Virus record (IMG/VR): IMGVR_UViG_3300031555_003309 | Coordinates: 1-64,000 of that record | Reading direction: 5' to 3' (one strand) | Origin: a virus | Taxonomy: Duplodnaviria > Caudoviricetes | Length of the DNA stretch: 64,000 nt | In this document: in pieces, positions 60,253-64,000 of the stretch | Layout of the letters: every line of letters begins with the position of its first letter | Numbering within the stretch: position 1 is the first letter of the stretch | The notes under the pieces: generated by a model | What the model saw: the letters and a program-made list of their open reading frames with translations, nothing else | Told to the model about the DNA's origin: nothing | Database searches by the model: none | Made by a program: the position numbers and the translations under genes

Positions 60253-60453
60253 ATGAATTTAAAAATAATAAATACGTTTAATAAAGAAAAATCTATAAAA
60301 GATATGAATAATAAAAAATATACATTAAAACCAAATGAAACATTAGAATTAATAGTAGATAATCTTGAATTTAATAATAATACATATAATTTCATTTATG
60401 AATTATTATTTAAAGGTTTTGAAGTAATTGAAACAAATATGGTTCTGAATTAA
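60253..60453 (+). CDS. Small hypothetical protein
   Basis: ATG 60253 after ggag; the tracked start at 60196 lies inside the terminator. Confidence 0.45.
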   Translation: MNLKIINTFNKEKSIKDMNNKKYTLKPNETLELIVDNLEFNNNTYNFIYELLFKGFEVIETNMVLN

Positions 60454-60559
60454 CAGAATATTGCTAGAAATTTATTTTTATAAATTATTTATATTTTTAT
60501 TTAATTAAACAAAAATTTTAATAGAATGTGGTTTTGATAATAATTTGGGAGGTGAATAT

Positions 60560-61258
60560 ATGAAAACAGGATGGACGGTTGCAGATTATGTAAAATATGT
60601 TAAACTGCAATTAGGTGGTTCTATATTACAATTATCTATTGAAGAGGATTTGCCATATATTGTTGAAAAAATAGCATTTGAAGAATTAAAAAATTATATT
60701 AGAACTATTCACACTATGACTGTAGGATATTCATCATCTATTAATTTAGCAGATAAAAAAGTCGCTAATGTGAAGTATGTATTAAGAAATGTAAATAATA
60801 GCACTACTATTACAGGAATGGACACTAATCTTTTCATATATCAACAACAAGGACAATATGGAATTAATAATGCAGCTATGGATCAGATAACATATAACTT
60901 ATTAATAAGTCAAGTGAAAAATACTATCAGTAGTGATTTAGATTTTCATTTTGATAAATTAAATGAAGTATTATATGTATACGCTCAAAATCCTATTCCA
61001 TCTTCTATAACTATAGGTTATATTCCTGATTTTGATAAAGTAGAAGAAATATATACACCTTATTGGATTTCTTATTTAAAAAGATTAAGTGTAGCTTATG
61101 CTAAAGAACAAGAAGGTAGAATTAGAAGTAAATATACTTTAAATTCTGCAACTTATAGTTTAGATGGAGATAAATTATTAGCAGAAGCTCAATCTGAATT
61201 AGCTCAAATAAGAGATGAATTAAACAATAACGTAAATATAATGCATACTATTTCTTAA
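60560..61258 (+). CDS. Neck/head-completion protein, T4 gp13-like
   Basis: YVKLQLGGSILQL, WISYLKRLSVAYAKEQEGRIRSKY..LDGDKLLAEAQSEL. Confidence 0.7.
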   Translation: MKTGWTVADYVKYVKLQLGGSILQLSIEEDLPYIVEKIAFEELKNYIRTIHTMTVGYSSSINLADKKVANVKYVLRNVNNSTTITGMDTNLFIYQQQGQYGINNAAMDQITYNLLISQVKNTISSDLDFHFDKLNEVLYVYAQNPIPSSITIGYIPDFDKVEEIYTPYWISYLKRLSVAYAKEQEGRIRSKYTLNSATYSLDGDKLLAEAQSELAQIRDELNNNVNIMHTIS

Positions 61259-61273
61259 TAAAATATAAATATA
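61259..61273 (+). promoter_or_regulatory. TAAAATAnAAnTATA motif
   Basis: taaaatataaatata. Confidence 0.5.
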
Positions 61274-61302
61274 ACAAATATAATTTGAAAGGAGACATAC
61301 TT

Positions 61303-62682
61303 ATGTCCAACGTAATGAATTTATTTGAAAATTTAATGACTTACAATGATTCAAAAAAAGTACAAGAAAATGACGAAACACTTTTAAATTTAACAATTGA
61401 ATTGCCTGGTGAAATTGAAGATTTAGATCCATCAGATGTAAATGTTAATGTAGGTGTTATGAACGTTAATACTGATGAACCTGAAGGTATTAAATTTGAT
61501 GATTCAGAAGAAGATGAAACAGATGTAGATGCTGATTTAGAAGATACTGAAGAAGATGCAACAGCTGGTAATGATGAATCAACTGAAGATGATCAAGATG
61601 CTGGTAAAGAAGAATCTTTATCTTTCAAAAAAGAATCAAGTGATGTTGAAACTGCAAAGAGCAATATTAAGAAAAGAGTATTAGCTAATGAAAATAAAGA
61701 TTGTGAAACAGGAGATTGTGATGCAAATAAAAGAGAAATTCTTCGTAAAAAATATGAAGAATATAAAAATAATAAATCAGTGAATGAAGGAATTTTTGAT
61801 AAATTTGGTTCAAAAAATATTGATTTAGATAAAACCAAAGCTAATAAAGTTTCTGCTAGTTCATTAAAACCAGGAGATTATATTCGCAATGATTTTTCAA
61901 CTTCTGCATCATCTAAAGTAAAAGCATTTAAAATTGTTAGTAAGAATCCTATTAAAGGAAAAAATAATGAATATTCATACAAATTGATTGATTCGACTGG
62001 TAAAAATTATACTGAAGAAATATCTGATGAACTTAAGGTATATAAATATGAAATTCCTAATGGTAAAACACCTCGAGGATTTAGTGAATCTATAAATCTT
62101 AATGATAGATCTATCAATAAACTTATTACTAAATTTGTTAGAGAAAATTATAAAAATGTAAATAAGGTTGTTATCAACAAAGCTCTATATGAAAATAAAA
62201 AACTTATTTTAAAAGGATATGTTGAAGATTTATCTGGAAATAAAGAAACTATAATTTTACAAAATAGAGGATTTGATCCAACTAAATTAGAAAATAAACG
62301 ATTTATGATGGATTTTAAAGATATATCAAATACATTCGGAGTGATTAAGGAATCTATTAAACATCCGTTTATGTTTACCTGCTCATTAAAAGAAGGTGTT
62401 TTATCTTTTGAAGAATTTAAATATTCATATAAAACAATGGTTGAATCTAAAACAATTGAAGTAACAGGTAAATGCGCATTGAATGAATCGGTAGAAATAA
62501 AGAATGAAAATGCAGATCAAGTTAAAAAATTCAATGAAATAGTTGAAAAGATTAAAGCTGCAAAATCAGCTAATGATTTAATTGCATGTAAAGATGAAAT
62601 GGATAAATCTAATATAGGCGACACGTTGTTATCAGCTGCTCAAATGGTATGGGATGATGTTAATTCCAGAATGAAAGGTTGA
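61303..62682 (+). CDS. Acidic protein with MNLFENL leader (candidate internal head protein)
   Basis: MSNVMNLFENL; KEES, KKES, VNEGIF, FSES, IKES, LNES motifs; ATG 61303 after gaaaggag. Confidence 0.55.
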   Translation: MSNVMNLFENLMTYNDSKKVQENDETLLNLTIELPGEIEDLDPSDVNVNVGVMNVNTDEPEGIKFDDSEEDETDVDADLEDTEEDATAGNDESTEDDQDAGKEESLSFKKESSDVETAKSNIKKRVLANENKDCETGDCDANKREILRKKYEEYKNNKSVNEGIFDKFGSKNIDLDKTKANKVSASSLKPGDYIRNDFSTSASSKVKAFKIVSKNPIKGKNNEYSYKLIDSTGKNYTEEISDELKVYKYEIPNGKTPRGFSESINLNDRSINKLITKFVRENYKNVNKVVINKALYENKKLILKGYVEDLSGNKETIILQNRGFDPTKLENKRFMMDFKDISNTFGVIKESIKHPFMFTCSLKEGVLSFEEFKYSYKTMVESKTIEVTGKCALNESVEIKNENADQVKKFNEIVEKIKAAKSANDLIACKDEMDKSNIGDTLLSAAQMVWDDVNSRMKG

Positions 62683-62715
62683 AAAAATGATATCATATAA
62701 TAGGAGGAAAGCTAA

Positions 62716-63297
62716 ATGGGATTATTGACTAATGAAGATTCTATGTTGTTTCAAACATTTTTTAAAGAAATGACAAAATTAAGAGGAATAAAGGTGCAAT
62801 ATATTTATCCTGTTATAGAAGACATAAGTATTCACGGTCAAATATTCCCTAAGTTTTCTTCTATTTTTGATTTAGATATAATGTTTGAAACAAATCCTAA
62901 AATAAAAACTCTTAAAAATTATGGTTGGATAAGTGAAGATTCAGAAAATAAACCATATATTGCATACTTGCCTATTGATACTCCTTATATACAAAGTAAA
63001 GCTAGATTAAAAATAAATCCTATAGGTTCAAATAAACAAGGTAAATGGTTTGAAATAACTGAAATATCTGAAGCAATTGAATATCCCGATGCATATGCTT
63101 GTAAATTGGCTCCTATATTTATAAATGAACCTGAGAAACTAGATTATAGTGAAACCAATAATAATTATATTGAAGGAGATAATCAACCAGATGAATCAAC
63201 AAACCATATTAAAGCTATAAATGAAAATCTTGAAGAGCATATAGAAAAAGATTTATCTCAAACATTAAATAAAAATTTTACTTATTTTAAAATATAA
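62716..63297 (+). CDS. Head-tail/neck protein, T4 gp14-like (tentative)
   Basis: FKEMTKLRGIKVQYIYP...KTLKNYGW; beta-rich; close to the gp13-like gene. Confidence 0.45.
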   Translation: MGLLTNEDSMLFQTFFKEMTKLRGIKVQYIYPVIEDISIHGQIFPKFSSIFDLDIMFETNPKIKTLKNYGWISEDSENKPYIAYLPIDTPYIQSKARLKINPIGSNKQGKWFEITEISEAIEYPDAYACKLAPIFINEPEKLDYSETNNNYIEGDNQPDESTNHIKAINENLEEHIEKDLSQTLNKNFTYFKI

Positions 63298-63314
63298 TAA
63301 AGGAGTGAATAGTA

Positions 63315-64000
63315 ATGAATTTATTTGAAAACTTACAAAATGCAGCTAATACAAAAATGCTGCATGAAAGAGATGTTTTATCTGTTTCAGAATATAATAA
63401 ACTTAAAATTGCACTTAATAAAAATAATTCTATGAAAGCTAATTTTATTCTTCATCCAGGTAAAATAGAAACAAATGAATATAAACTAAGACTTACTATA
63501 TACGGCGCGTTTAGAAGTTTTGAAAAAACTAAAAATGCATTTCGTGCATATGGTAATAATCGTGATTTAACTAATGACCAAGTTACACGAGAAGGTGTAG
63601 GAATACCTTTATATAATGTATATGTAAATCTTATAGATGAATCAATTAAATTTAATGATGTGGGATATTATTTTGAAATAGATAGATATTTAAAAAATTA
63701 TGAACAACGCCTAATATCTGATAATTCTTTAAGACCTGGAGACCTGGATTTAGAAAATCTTAAAGCAACTATTTTAGAAATAGCGAATACATCTAAAGCT
63801 GATTTGGAACAAGCTTTATTATCTAAAAACTTTATTTATAACTTAACAGGTAAAAGAAAAACAAAACAAAGTGATAGCCCTGAATATAATTTAGATTTAG
63901 AAAATGCAGTTTTAAAAGAAGATTTTGACCCAAGTATGCCAAACTGGTTAATGAGAGCTATTAAAATGAACAATAATAAAAAGGGTTTTGGTTACCATAA
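63315..64000 (+). CDS. 3'-truncated protein with MNLFENL leader
   Basis: ATG 63315 after aaggagtga; MNLFENLQNAANTKMLHE... runs off the window edge, so it is absent from the ORF track. Confidence 0.7.
   Translation, partial: MNLFENLQNAANTKMLHERDVLSVSEYNKLKIALNKNNSMKANFILHPGKIETNEYKLRLTIYGAFRSFEKTKNAFRAYGNNRDLTNDQVTREGVGIPLYNVYVNLIDESIKFNDVGYYFEIDRYLKNYEQRLISDNSLRPGDLDLENLKATILEIANTSKADLEQALLSKNFIYNLTGKRKTKQSDSPEYNLDLENAVLKEDFDPSMPNWLMRAIKMNNNKKGFGYH

Noticed and set aside
60454-60559. AT-rich gap as a replication origin
   Set aside because: No iterons or DnaA boxes; AT richness is similar to the other intergenic gaps.
280-61838. All minus-strand ORFs in the track (e.g. 11794-12273, 12418-12813, 17206-17619, 38731-39099)
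   Set aside because: They lie antisense to long + strand genes, have the composition expected of antisense shadows and show no recognisable motifs.
1-64000. Stop-codon reassignment, as in some large gut phages
   Set aside because: Genes are long and tightly packed under the standard code; TAA, TGA and TAG (e.g. 15454-15456) all end genes.
1-64000. CRISPR array, tRNA genes, diversity-generating retroelement, integrase or IS
   Set aside because: No regularly spaced repeats, cloverleafs, reverse transcriptase, TR/VR pair or recombinase motifs were seen by eye, and intergenic gaps are under ~180 nt.

Overview
A 64-kb, very AT-rich (roughly a quarter G+C by eye, not computed), densely coding segment of a large tailed-phage genome. 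Essentially every real gene is on the + strand and the standard genetic code applies. It carries a T4-type head and packaging module: large terminase, gp20-like portal, gp21-like prohead protease fused to a coiled-coil scaffold, gp23-like major capsid protein, gp13/gp14-like neck proteins and a GroES co-chaperonin. It also has many paralogous fibre/tail proteins (BspA LRR, YadA-head-like, Big_2, knob domains, a 2.6k-aa giant), an SPP1-type holin, a papain-SLH protease, a family-B DNA polymerase split into two ORFs around a long hairpin, a DnaB-like helicase, anaerobic RNR (nrdD/nrdG) and two tandem SigF/G/B-like sigma factors. The SLH domain, SigF/G-like sigmas, nrdDG and GGTGA/GGAGG Shine-Dalgarno sites point to an anaerobic Bacillota (Clostridia-like) host (inference). 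The most notable unexplained signals are: (i) the split PolB; (ii) acidic proteins sharing short N-terminal leaders and recurrent hydrophobic-x-Glu motifs that look like capsid-targeted, protease-processed cargo; (iii) a recurrent terminator + TAAAATAnAAnTATA + RBS cassette, probably a phage-sigma promoter; (iv) the papain-SLH protease near the holin. No tRNA, rRNA, CRISPR array, integrase or reverse transcriptase was seen. All family calls come from recognising motifs by eye, not from database searches.
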